Notes under the pieces: generated by a model | Database searches by the model: none | What the model saw: only the letters and a program-made list of their open reading frames with translations | Told to the model about the DNA's origin: nothing | Made by a program: the position numbers and the translations under genes | Origin: Candidatus Poriferisocius sp. | GTDB lineage: Bacteria; Actinomycetota; Acidimicrobiia; Acidimicrobiales; Bin134 | Assembly: GCF_965202595.1 (NCBI RefSeq) | Contig: NZ_OZ241836.1 | Location: 215,095 to 279,094, forward strand | Direction of reading: 5' to 3' | Length of the DNA stretch: 64,000 nucleotides | Shown: positions 54,530-63,456 of the stretch, piece by piece | Layout of the letters: each line of letters starts with the position of its first letter | Position numbering within the stretch: position 1 is the first letter of the stretch

Positions 54530-54609
54530 GACCGCCCGGCCCTCCACGGTACGAGCCGCGGCCACCAGGGCCTGGCCGGCCACTTGACCGCCGAACACCC
54601 GCTGGCGCA
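54530..54609 (-). pseudogene. Orphan 80-bp fragment of tesB (codons ~31-57); right copy of the direct repeat bounding islet 2
   Basis: Encodes RQRVFGGQVAGQALVAAARTVEGRAVQ, versus RQRVFGGQVAGQALVAAARTVESRAVH in tesB. Homology stops abruptly on both sides. Confidence 0.8.
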
Positions 54610-54692
54610 CCAGCGTCGGCGCCGGGTGGTGGGGTGGGGCTGGCTTCGCCTACCCTCGGTTCAGGGGGTCTGGGCTACGCTTTCCTTCTCCC

Positions 54693-55322
54693 ATGTCGCT
54701 TCTTGTTTCGGCCCGCGCCCACTTGGTGGACTACAGGCACCGCCTGCTGCGTTACGGCGGGGCATCGGCGGTGGGGGTGGTGTTGGGGCAGACCATCCTG
54801 CGAGTGTGCTACGACCTGCTGGGATGGTCGGCGTTGGTGGCCAACCTGGTGGCGTTCCTTATAGCCAACATCCCCGTGTACCACCTGAACCGGTCATGGG
54901 TGTGGGACCGATCGGGTCCCAGTAGCTGGAGGCGCGAGGTGCTGCCCTTCTGGCTGGTTTCCTTCGCGGGGCTGGCCCTGTCGTCGCTTGCCGTGGGTTT
55001 GATCGACCGGGTGACCGGCAACGGCTGGTTGATCACCGTGGCATCGGTGGGGGCGTTCGGCACGGTATGGCTGGTGAAGTACGCGGTGTGCGACCAGTAC
55101 CTGTTCGGCCCCCCAGGCCAAAGCGGCGACCATGACGGTCCCAATCGGGAGATGGCAGGGGATCACAACGATCCCAATCGGGAGATGGCTGGGGATCACG
55201 ACAGCTCCAATCGGGGAATGGCTGGGGATCACGACAGCTCCAACCGGGGGATGGCAGGGGATCACAACAGCTCCAATCGGGGAATGGCAGGCGATGGAGC
55301 CCGACCGGCGGGCGTTCGCTGA
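54693..55322 (+). CDS. GtrA-family membrane protein with a repeat-expanded C-terminal tail
   Basis: GASAVGVVLGQ, FLIANIPVYHLNRSWVW and VKYAVCDQYLF fit the GtrA pattern. The tail is GDH[DN]..NR[EG]MA x5. Confidence 0.75.
   Translation: MSLLVSARAHLVDYRHRLLRYGGASAVGVVLGQTILRVCYDLLGWSALVANLVAFLIANIPVYHLNRSWVWDRSGPSSWRREVLPFWLVSFAGLALSSLAVGLIDRVTGNGWLITVASVGAFGTVWLVKYAVCDQYLFGPPGQSGDHDGPNREMAGDHNDPNREMAGDHDSSNRGMAGDHDSSNRGMAGDHNSSNRGMAGDGARPAGVR
55125..55295 (+). repeat. In-frame 33-bp tandem repeat x5 at the GtrA 3' end, abutting the next gene's start
   Basis: Units encode GDHDGPNREMA, GDHNDPNREMA, GDHDSSNRGMA, GDHDSSNRGMA and GDHNSSNRGMA. Confidence 0.9.
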
Positions 55323-55923
55323 GGCCGCCCGGGGTTTCATGCCCCCCGACGAGGGGTTGGCTCTGAACCGGGCCGCGTGCGGCCTGGGCGTGGATGGGCC
55401 GCTTTTGGAGGTGGGCAGCTATTGCGGCAAGTCCTCGGTCTATTTGGGTGATGCCGCCCAGTCCCAGGGGCGGCTGCTTTTCGCTCTGGATCATCACCGG
55501 GGATCGGAGGAGAACCAGCCCGGTTGGGAGTGGCACGAGCCCGACCTGGTGGACCCCGAGGTGGGCCTGATCGACACCCTGCCCCATTTCCGCCGCACTG
55601 TTAACCGGGCCGGGCTGGAGCCGTGGGTGGTGGCGGTGGTGGGTGACTCGGTGACCATCGCCCGGAACTGGTCCACCCCGCTGGCCTTTCTGTTCATCGA
55701 CGGCGGTCACGGCCCCGAGCCGGCCCACGCCGACTACGAGAACTGGGTGCCCCACGTGGCCATCGGGGGCCGGTTGGCCATCCACGATGTGTTTCCCGAT
55801 CCCGCCGACGGTGGCCGCCCGCCCTACGAGATCTACTGCCGGGCCATGGACTCGGGAGCGTTCACCGAACTGGCCGCCACCGGCTCGCTGCGGATACTCA
55901 CCCGCCACGCCCCCGGAATCTGA
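55294..55923 (+). CDS. Class I SAM-dependent methyltransferase (Methyltransf_24-like)
   Basis: LLEVGSYCGKSSVYL and FLFIDGGH motifs. The start is set at ATG 55294. The longer track ORF from 55132 only reads the GtrA repeat in another frame. Confidence 0.7.
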   Translation: MEPDRRAFAEAARGFMPPDEGLALNRAACGLGVDGPLLEVGSYCGKSSVYLGDAAQSQGRLLFALDHHRGSEENQPGWEWHEPDLVDPEVGLIDTLPHFRRTVNRAGLEPWVVAVVGDSVTIARNWSTPLAFLFIDGGHGPEPAHADYENWVPHVAIGGRLAIHDVFPDPADGGRPPYEIYCRAMDSGAFTELAATGSLRILTRHAPGI

Positions 55924-55980
55924 CCGGGTTCGAGGGATGAACCTCCCAGGCCGGTCCCAGACTTCAACCCAACGCCTTTA

Positions 55981-57255
55981 GTGCACAGTGCCGAGCCAGT
56001 GGTTGGCCGGGTTCGTTACGGTGACAGGCGTACCTGGTTATCCGCTTGTGGCCCGGTTCGTTACGGTGATGGGGTGGACAATGAGGAGAGGCTGGCATCG
56101 GGCGAGGCGTGGAGGGAGTTCTGCGAACGGCTCAAAGCGTCGGGTGACCGCCTGCTGGGCCCTGACTTCCCCGGCGGGGCGAGGGAGCGAGCCGAGGGGT
56201 ACCGCCACCTGAGCCGGCTTCTCATGCAGGGGTTGCTGGAGCAGGTGGAGATGAGCGATCGGGACTTTCCGGTCATGTACCGTCACAACGACGACATCAT
56301 GCGTTGGGGTGGGCCCAACGTGGACAACACCTACTGGCGGGCTCCTGTCAGCGCTCAACACACCTACCGGGTCACCGGTTGGCTGCCACCGGGGGCGCTG
56401 TTCGTGATTCAGAGCGCCCACGGTGAGATGCACCAGAACCGGCCGGGCATATGCGCCGAGCGTTCCAACGACGACTTCGCCGTGGACCCCGATGGCAGCT
56501 TCACCTTCGTGGTCAGCTCCGCTCCTCATGACGGCAACTGGCTTCCCATCGACGAGGATACCGATCGCATCTCCATACGGGAGTACAACGTTGAATGGGG
56601 TGCTGCCCAACCGGGCCGGTTCTTCATCGAGCGGGTGGGCAATGAGGGTGGGCATCCCGCACCCCTGAATCCTGCCGGTTTCGTCGGTGCCCTGGACCGA
56701 GCCATGACCTGGGCCGACGACGCTCTGGTGTTCTGGAACCGGTGGATGGATCAAAGCCGCGGATCCGCGCCGCCCAACGTGTTCTACGGCCCGCGCTCGG
56801 TACCGGGCGGGGCCGCCGCCATCGGCTACGGCGGTTGTTCCTACCAGTTGGCTCCCGACGAGGCCATGATCGTGACCTGCGACATACCCCAGGCCCGGTA
56901 CTGGTCGTTCATGATCTACAGCTACGCCTGGTTCGAGTCGCTGGACTTCGCCAACCGCACGGTCAGCCTGAACAACGCCCAGATTGCCACCGACCCCGAC
57001 GGCCGTTTCCGGCTGGTGGTGGCCCACACAGACCCCGGTGTGCAGAATTGGCTCGATACCGAGGCCCGCCCCGAAGCCCTAATTTCCTTCCGCTGGGTGC
57101 AAAGCACCACCATGCCCACTCCCGAGGCCCAGGTAGTCCCCTTCTCCCAGCTAGGCCAATATCTACCCGATTTCATCACCCGAACCACCCCCGCCCAACG
57201 CATCGACCAAATAAACCTCCGTCGCCACTCCCGAGCCCTCCGCTTCCGCTGCTAA
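55981..57255 (+). CDS. Conserved hypothetical protein (DUF1214-like, from memory)
   Basis: 424-aa maximal ORF with host-like codon bias. GTG 56074 is a plausible start. A 45-bp duplication (ggcc.ggttcgttacggtga at 56005 and 56050) lies at the 5' end. Confidence 0.45.
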   Translation: MHSAEPVVGRVRYGDRRTWLSACGPVRYGDGVDNEERLASGEAWREFCERLKASGDRLLGPDFPGGARERAEGYRHLSRLLMQGLLEQVEMSDRDFPVMYRHNDDIMRWGGPNVDNTYWRAPVSAQHTYRVTGWLPPGALFVIQSAHGEMHQNRPGICAERSNDDFAVDPDGSFTFVVSSAPHDGNWLPIDEDTDRISIREYNVEWGAAQPGRFFIERVGNEGGHPAPLNPAGFVGALDRAMTWADDALVFWNRWMDQSRGSAPPNVFYGPRSVPGGAAAIGYGGCSYQLAPDEAMIVTCDIPQARYWSFMIYSYAWFESLDFANRTVSLNNAQIATDPDGRFRLVVAHTDPGVQNWLDTEARPEALISFRWVQSTTMPTPEAQVVPFSQLGQYLPDFITRTTPAQRIDQINLRRHSRALRFRC

Positions 57256-58600
57256 TCCTATAGTTGTTCTCTGAGCACTCGAAGAAGGCGGTCATGCTCT
57301 GTATCCAAAAGTTCCTTTTGTGCTTCAAATTCTTCCAGTGCCTCAAAAAACTCTTTAACCATCTCTCTCTGGTTATCAATGGGTATAACTGGAATGGGAA
57401 TACATTCAATATGTTTTTTGTAAATGTGAGGCTGCCCTGTCCCTTGTTGTCTACTGTAAATTTCATTTTGGCGGCTTTTTACGCAAGCATAAAGGTATCC
57501 AGTTAGAAATTTAAATTCATCCCTACTATATACTACAATACTATCTGATGCCCATATAGGCCCACTGTGCCACCAAACATAGCATGAGTAGGCACCGCTC
57601 TTGCTTATAGTAAAGCAATTTCCGCGGTGTGTAAAATTTTTGTGGTTGTACGGACTGGACCCACCGCCAGCAATAACAGGTATATTTCCTGGGAGTATCT
57701 CCTGCTTTGTGATTGATTTCCCATTCTCTAAATAAGCAACATTTTTTAGTAATACATAGTCGACACTTTCAGGAACAGGCCATAGTGAATTGGTTAGTGC
57801 AGCAAACACGTTTTTCATGTTACGGGTTTTGACGACAGAGACTGAGCGATTCATATCCTCAGGAATCGGGTCAGGTTCATCCTGGTATGATAACTGCCAT
57901 ACTTCCTCCTTCTGACAAAGAGTTGAAACACCGTAGCAAACAGGCTTCATCAGCGTCCTTCGCATCACTGTCAACCAGGCGAATCTCACCCCTGCTGAGA
58001 CTTTGGGAAAATGGAATGTTGGAGAAGACAACTTGGAATTTGTTCTCTGGAGGGTTGTTTATGCTGTTAATTTGAGTCACACCTGAGTGGCCATCTCCGA
58101 ACAGAATCATATTCATTTTCGCTATTCGTGCGTTGCTAGTTATTTCTTGCCCAAATATGGTTTTGGTTTGAAGAATCTCTATATCCCGAGGTGACCTCCC
58201 AGCTTTGAAGCTAAGGTGTTTGTATGATTCTACTAGAAATCCACCTGTGCCACAGAAGAGATCGAATACTGTCTGCCTAAACTCTGGATCAACAAGTTTT
58301 ACCATAAATCGGACAATATGTCTGGGTGTGAAGTATTCACCAAGGTCATTCTGAATGGTTGTACGCTGAATAAAATGCTCAAATGCAACTCCTTTTATGT
58401 CTTCATCAACACTTGACAAACTTAAAGGGTTCAATTCTAATATAATTTTCTTTAGTACTTTTCCATCCTTAATTTTGGTTTCAGAAATAACCTCACTAGC
58501 ACCGTATCGACATCTGCGACAGTTACCCCTGAACCACAAAACACCAGGTCAGAAGGGGTGTCTTTAGCGCCGTACATAAGTCGTGTTCTGGTCAGATCAA
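57256..58600. other. AT-rich islet 3 (about 1.3 kb) between two convergent host genes
   Basis: A sharp compositional switch follows the stop at 57255. The right edge is fuzzier, around 58550-58660. Confidence 0.7.
57258..58539 (-). pseudogene. Decayed Type I/IIG-like methyltransferase-specificity (M-S) gene: frameshifted and truncated
   Basis: ORF 57877..58539 has the YFTPRHIVRFMV, DLFCGTGGFL and SNIPFS N6-MTase motifs, but lacks the N-terminal domain and ends early. The overlapping ORF 57258..58031, in another frame, encodes one HsdS-type TRD plus a conserved helix. A further frame break lies near 58540-58590. Confidence 0.7.
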
Positions 58601-58664
58601 GTCAACACCCGATGAGCAAGCGAGTTTGGCGACCCCGGCGCTCCCTTGAACACGGGGGGAAGGG

Positions 58665-59744
58665 TTAGCCGATGGTGATTAGTTCGGGTAGGGATTGGTG
58701 GTTGGAAAAGATGGTGGCGGCGGGGGAGCCTCCGGCTAGGGCGTCGGCGGCCAGGATGACGGCGGCGGCGGTGTAGGTGGAGCGCTCGGCGGCGGGGAAG
58801 TGGGTTCGCTCGGGGTGGACCATGCCGGTGAAGTAGGAGCCGTCGTCGGCCCGCAGATCCTGCACCCATTCGAACATCTCGGTAGCGATGTCCCGCCGGC
58901 CCACGCCCAGGTGGGCGATGATGCACTCGCAGGTTTCCGCTGCGGTGACCCACGGTCGGTCCGAAACGCAGCGCACCCCGTGGCCGTCCATCACGAACTG
59001 GTCGAAGCGGGAGGCCAGCATGCTCCGACCGGCCTGCCCGGTGACCACCCCGGACAGAACCGGGTAGTACCAGTCCATGGCCCAGCGGTGCTTGGGCGCA
59101 AAAGCACCGGGCTGGGTACGGATCACATCGGCCAACCGGGCGGCACTCAACTCCCAGTCGGGGCGCTCGTGGCCCAGCTCCTCACCAATGGCGATGGCCG
59201 CCCTCAGGCTGTGACAGATACTGGACGATCCGGTCAGAAGGGCGAACGACCACGGCGTGCCGTCGGCGTGGCGGGCCCAGCGGATCTCCCCCCGGGGCAG
59301 TTGCAGATCGAGCACGAAATCCACCGCCGGTTCCACCACCGTCCACATCGTCTCCAAGAAGCCCCGATCGCCGGTACACAGGTAGTGGTGCCACACCCCG
59401 GTGGCCACGTAGCCCACGCAGTTGGCATCCAGCTTGTCCTGTTCCACGCCGTCGGCCAGGTAGTACTGGTGCCAGGCTCCGTCGGACCGCTGGTTGTCCA
59501 CCAGCCACTGGTAGGCCCGCTCGGCCTCGGCCCGAAACCCCATAACCATGAGAGCCATGGCCGCCTCCACGTGGTTCCACGGATCGGCATGACCGCCGGG
59601 GAACCAGGGGATCATCCCGCTGGGCAGTTGCCAGGCGGCAATGCTGCTCGCGGTCAACTCCAGTTCGGCTGAAGACAGAACCCCGGCCACCTGAGGGACA
59701 AAAAGCCCTGCCTCTTTATGGTTATGGGGTTCAGGCGGCGACAC
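58665..59744 (-). CDS. Alpha/alpha-barrel protein (prenyltransferase / terpene-cyclase-like repeat family)
   Basis: 359 aa with recurrent aromatic-rich DGxW/GGW-like repeats (QRSDGAWHQYY, RADDGSYFTG). The family assignment is tentative. Confidence 0.4.
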   Translation of the reverse strand: MSPPEPHNHKEAGLFVPQVAGVLSSAELELTASSIAAWQLPSGMIPWFPGGHADPWNHVEAAMALMVMGFRAEAERAYQWLVDNQRSDGAWHQYYLADGVEQDKLDANCVGYVATGVWHHYLCTGDRGFLETMWTVVEPAVDFVLDLQLPRGEIRWARHADGTPWSFALLTGSSSICHSLRAAIAIGEELGHERPDWELSAARLADVIRTQPGAFAPKHRWAMDWYYPVLSGVVTGQAGRSMLASRFDQFVMDGHGVRCVSDRPWVTAAETCECIIAHLGVGRRDIATEMFEWVQDLRADDGSYFTGMVHPERTHFPAAERSTYTAAAVILAADALAGGSPAATIFSNHQSLPELITIG

Positions 59745-60483
59745 TCTTGGCCTCCTTCAAATGGCTGGAACCTGATTTCCGGCTGTAAAGCACCAGGCTC
59801 TTGCCCAGGACCGGACTCAGAACCCGGTCAGCAATTCGGGTAATTCTGGGTTGGTCAACAATATCCCATTCCAGGAGTCGGCGGTAAGCCGCAACCAGCC
59901 GGTGGTTATCGTTGTTCGGACCCACCGCGCACCGCAACCACCAGTAGGGGCTGTGCAGCCCATGAGCGTGGTGGCTGGAGAACGGGGTGAGGCCGGCGCA
60001 CCGGAGCCGACCGCGGAGCTGTCCGTGCCGGTAGATGCGCACGTGGCCGCCCACCGCTCGGGGGGCGTGGTACTCGTCCGACAGGGCCCAGCAGATCTTC
60101 TCGGGTAGCCAGGTGGGTACGGTCACGGCCAGGACCCCGCCGGGTCGCAGCACCCGGGCCAGCTCGGTCAGGGCCTGCTCGTCGGAGTGCACGTGCTCGA
60201 GCACCTCCGAGGCGATGATCCGGTCGAATACCCGGTCGGCAAAAGGTAGGCGGGTGGCATCGCCCCGGACGGTTTGGCAGGTTCCGCGGTACCGCTCGCC
60301 GGCCTCCGACATGGCGGCAAAGGTGGCCCTCACCTGGGCCAGCTCTGTCGATGCCAGATCGCAGGCCACCACGTGCGCCCCCAATCGAGCAGCCTCATAG
60401 GCGTGGCGCCCGAAACCGCACCCCAGATCCAGGAGCTGCTCGCCGGGTTTCAACCCCAGCCGGTTGTAGTCAACGGTCAGCAC
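59731..60483 (-). CDS. Class I SAM-dependent methyltransferase
   Basis: LLDLGCGFGRHA (motif I), VVACDL and RVLRPGGVLAV. GTG start at 60483. Confidence 0.8.
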   Translation of the reverse strand: MLTVDYNRLGLKPGEQLLDLGCGFGRHAYEAARLGAHVVACDLASTELAQVRATFAAMSEAGERYRGTCQTVRGDATRLPFADRVFDRIIASEVLEHVHSDEQALTELARVLRPGGVLAVTVPTWLPEKICWALSDEYHAPRAVGGHVRIYRHGQLRGRLRCAGLTPFSSHHAHGLHSPYWWLRCAVGPNNDNHRLVAAYRRLLEWDIVDQPRITRIADRVLSPVLGKSLVLYSRKSGSSHLKEAKSVAA

Positions 60484-60647
60484 CTGCTGTCCAGCAGTAC
60501 CCGGTAGTGCTCCGCTGGGGAGGAGGGCCGTATTCTCACCGTCACGCGTGCCATTCGTTGAGCAGTACCCGGTAGTGCTCCGCTGGGGATGCGGTTTGGG
60601 TTCTCACCGTCACGCGTGCCATTCGTTGAGCAGTACCCGGTAGTGCT
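60477..60647 (-). repeat. 68-bp tandem repeat (2 units plus a partial one) of the GT4-stop / methyltransferase-start junction, with two chained mini-ORFs
   Basis: The tca (stop) recurs at 60610 and 60542. Minus-strand mini-ORFs: 60613-60542 (VTVRTQTASPAEHYRVLLNEWHA*) and 60545-60477 (VTVRIRPSSPAEHYRVLLDSRC*). They are GTGA-chained, and the last overlaps the methyltransferase GTG by 7 nt. Confidence 0.85.
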
Positions 60648-61869
60648 CAACGGTCTTTTCCGCAGTGTGGTGCCAACTCCAGCGGCTCCTCACCCGTTCC
60701 CGCCCGGCTTGGCCTATCCGAGCGGCCATGGCCGGATTGTCCAGAATCCGAACGAGCGCCCCGGCCAATGCCTCGCTGTCTGCGGGGGGCACCAGCAGGC
60801 AGGTCTCGCCGCTGGTGCCGGCCACCTCGGGCAGCGCCCCGCCGGTGGTGGCCACCAGCGGTGTGGCGCTGGACATGGTTTCGATGGCCGGCAGCGAGAA
60901 CCCCTCGTACAGCGAGGGCACCACTGCCACTGAGCTGGTGGCGTACAGCTCCACAATGCGGTCATCGGGCACCCCCGACACGAACTCCACCACCTCGCCC
61001 AGTCCCAGGCTGTTGATGGTGGAGGAGGATGCACCCCCCTCGCGGGGTTTTCCGATCACGATCAGCCGCACATCCCGCTCGGTGCGCAACTTGGCCACCG
61101 CCTCCAGCAGGTAGCGCAGGCCCTTCATGGGCACATCCGCGCTGGCGGTGGTGATGATCTGCCCCGGCCGGCGGTCCACGCCGGGAAGCGGGCGGAACAG
61201 CTCGGTATCCACCCCCACCGGTACCACATGCATCCGGCCATGGGGTACCCGCTGGTCCCGGGCTATGTCGTCGAGGGACGACTCCGACACGGTGATGATG
61301 CGCCGCAAGCGGCGGGCCACCCGGGCCTGCATCCGGATGAAGGAGTACCAGCGTCGCTTGCCGAAACGATCCATCATCCCCCGGGCGTGCTCGAGCTCCA
61401 GTTGGCGGTCCACGGTGATGGGATGGTGGATGGTGGCCAGTACCGGTAGCCCGTCCCGCTCCATGCCCAAAAGCCCGTAGCCCAATGACTGGTTGTCGTG
61501 CACGATATCGAATTCCCCGGCTCGGGAGCGCAGTGCCTGCCAGGCCCGGAGCGAGAAGGCCAGCGGTTCGGAGAAGGCTCCGGTCATGAACGAGCCCACC
61601 TCGGCGGCATCGGCCCACGATTTGATCTCCCAGAATCCGGGTAACCGGCCCGGGTAGGCATCGTTGAAGATATCCAGGCTGGGAAGCCGGTGAAGCGGTA
61701 CCCGAGGGTCCAGAACCGGGTAGGGCTGCCCGCTCAGCACCTCCACGTGGTGCCCCAGATCGGTCAGCGCCCGACTCAGGTGATGGACGTACACGCCCTG
61801 GCCCCCGCAATGGGGTTTGCCCCGGTACGAAAGCAGGGCAATCCTGAGGGATCGATCCTCCGGGGCCAT
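60610..61869 (-). CDS. GT4-family glycosyltransferase
   Basis: IALLSYRGKPHCGGQGVYVHHLSRAL, and PSLYEGFSLPAIETMSSATPLV (EX7E region). Confidence 0.85.
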   Translation of the reverse strand: MAPEDRSLRIALLSYRGKPHCGGQGVYVHHLSRALTDLGHHVEVLSGQPYPVLDPRVPLHRLPSLDIFNDAYPGRLPGFWEIKSWADAAEVGSFMTGAFSEPLAFSLRAWQALRSRAGEFDIVHDNQSLGYGLLGMERDGLPVLATIHHPITVDRQLELEHARGMMDRFGKRRWYSFIRMQARVARRLRRIITVSESSLDDIARDQRVPHGRMHVVPVGVDTELFRPLPGVDRRPGQIITTASADVPMKGLRYLLEAVAKLRTERDVRLIVIGKPREGGASSSTINSLGLGEVVEFVSGVPDDRIVELYATSSVAVVPSLYEGFSLPAIETMSSATPLVATTGGALPEVAGTSGETCLLVPPADSEALAGALVRILDNPAMAARIGQAGRERVRSRWSWHHTAEKTVEHYRVLLNEWHA

Positions 61870-61875
61870 GACCTA

Positions 61876-61981
61876 CAAGGTTCTCGGAATCAGGTTGGTT
61901 GGGTCAAATATCAGTTGTTGAGGGGTTTGGTGGAGCAGGTGGGCAAGGTTCTCGGAATCAGGTTGGTTGGGTCAAATATCA
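61876..61981 (-). repeat. 68-bp duplication of the lnt 3' end/stop region upstream of the GT4 gene
   Basis: caaggttctcggaatcaggttggttgggtcaaatatcag at 61876 and 61944. Confidence 0.85.
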
Positions 61982-63456
61982 GGCTTTGGGGGTTTGGGGG
62001 TTATGGTTCGCGAGCGGAAAGCCCAGGCGGCAACCCCGATTGCCAGGGCCAGGGCAACCATGGGCCAGGGGCCGGCTCGGGTGGCGAGGGTTTGGCCGGT
62101 CCGCAGCTCGACGGGAGCTTGGATCACTGCTTGTTCGGAAACGCCGGTGCGCTGGTAAACGTTTCCGCCGGGGTCCACGAACGCGCTGAAACCGGTTGGA
62201 GATGCCTGCGCCACCCACCGCCCCGTCTCCAGGGCCCGCAACCGGGAGCTGGCAACCTGCTGGGTCTGCACGATGGTGAGCCAGTAGCTGGACCCGTTGG
62301 TGGGGTTCAACAGCACCTCACCACCGTTGCCGATGGCATCCCGAGCCCGATCCTCGAAGAAGACCTCCCAGCTTATTGATACCCCCAGGCGACCCGCGGG
62401 GGTGTCCAGCACCGCGGGGGCGTTCCCCCGCCGCATGTCCTGGGCCGGTAGGTAGTCGGGGGCCAGCGGCTCGATGAGCCACCGCAGCGGCACGTACTCC
62501 CCGAACGGCACCAGCCGCACCTTGTCGTAGCGGCCCGCCGGGGTTCCCTCAGGGGTGAACACCGCAACGAAGTTGGCTCCTGCGCCGCCGGGCAGGTCTT
62601 CGATCACCCCGGCCACCAGGGTGGTGTTCAGTTCCTGGGCCAGCTCGGCCAACCGTTGCTGCTGGGGGCTGGCGGCGAACAGGCCCTGCACGTCCACCAC
62701 GTCCTCGGGCCACACCACCAGATCCACCGGTGGTTGCACCAGTTGGCTGGCTTCCCAGTGCCGTTCGAACACCACGGCCGGGTCGGTGTTCGCGGCTCGG
62801 GTCCGCTGGGGTCCTCCCCCCTGCACCAGGGCCACGTCGATGGTGCCGAGCGCCGAACCCTGGGGGGCTACCGCGGCCCAGCCCCAGAATCCCACCACCA
62901 CCACCGCCAGAACCAGTGCGGTCTGCCAATGGCGGTGCAAAGCTGCGGCCACAACCATGGCCACCGCTACCGCCACCCCCACCAGTAGCAACGGGCCCAG
63001 CACCCGAACGGTGATGGCCCATGGGCTGTCCACCTGGCTCATGGGCAGGGTGGACAGTGGCACCCCGCCGAAGGGCCACCGCCACCGTATCGCTCCGGCC
63101 AGCACGAACAGGCCGGGCAGGGCAACCCACCGGCCGATCCCCGGTGGGCAAGCCACCCCCACCGAGCCGTAAAGAATCGAGAACACCACGCCAACGGCCA
63201 GGTAACCGGGAAGGGTGAAATCGACCATCCACAATGTGGAGGGAAACAACCAGCCGGCCCCGAATCCCAACCCCCGCCAGGCCCGGGCCCATAAGGGTTG
63301 ATCGGCCAGCAGGCGCTCCAGAACCACCAGCGCCACCAGCGCGAGGGGCCACCATCCCCAGGGTGGCATCGACAGGGCAACCAGTCCCCCAGCCCCCAAG
63401 GAGCCCACCGCCGGCACCCCGCTGGTGCGAGCCCAAAGCCCGGGTGCGAAGTTCAC
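61972..63456 (-). CDS. lnt: Apolipoprotein N-acyltransferase
   Basis: N-terminal polytopic membrane domain plus a C-terminal CN-hydrolase domain (VVWPED..., FGEYVP, ISWEVFF). GTG start at 63456. Confidence 0.8.
   Translation of the reverse strand: MNFAPGLWARTSGVPAVGSLGAGGLVALSMPPWGWWPLALVALVVLERLLADQPLWARAWRGLGFGAGWLFPSTLWMVDFTLPGYLAVGVVFSILYGSVGVACPPGIGRWVALPGLFVLAGAIRWRWPFGGVPLSTLPMSQVDSPWAITVRVLGPLLLVGVAVAVAMVVAAALHRHWQTALVLAVVVVGFWGWAAVAPQGSALGTIDVALVQGGGPQRTRAANTDPAVVFERHWEASQLVQPPVDLVVWPEDVVDVQGLFAASPQQQRLAELAQELNTTLVAGVIEDLPGGAGANFVAVFTPEGTPAGRYDKVRLVPFGEYVPLRWLIEPLAPDYLPAQDMRRGNAPAVLDTPAGRLGVSISWEVFFEDRARDAIGNGGEVLLNPTNGSSYWLTIVQTQQVASSRLRALETGRWVAQASPTGFSAFVDPGGNVYQRTGVSEQAVIQAPVELRTGQTLATRAGPWPMVALALAIGVAAWAFRSRTITPKPPKPDI

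Noticed and set aside
55132-55293. N-terminal 54 codons of track ORF 55132..55923.
   Set aside because: This part only reads the GtrA 33-bp repeat in a second frame (PIGRWQGITT repeats). The methyltransferase homology begins after ATG 55294.
47882-58600. The AT-rich islets as prophage, IS or integrative element.
   Set aside because: I found no integrase, transposase, terminal inverted repeats or phage structural genes in any frame. Only restriction-modification genes are present.
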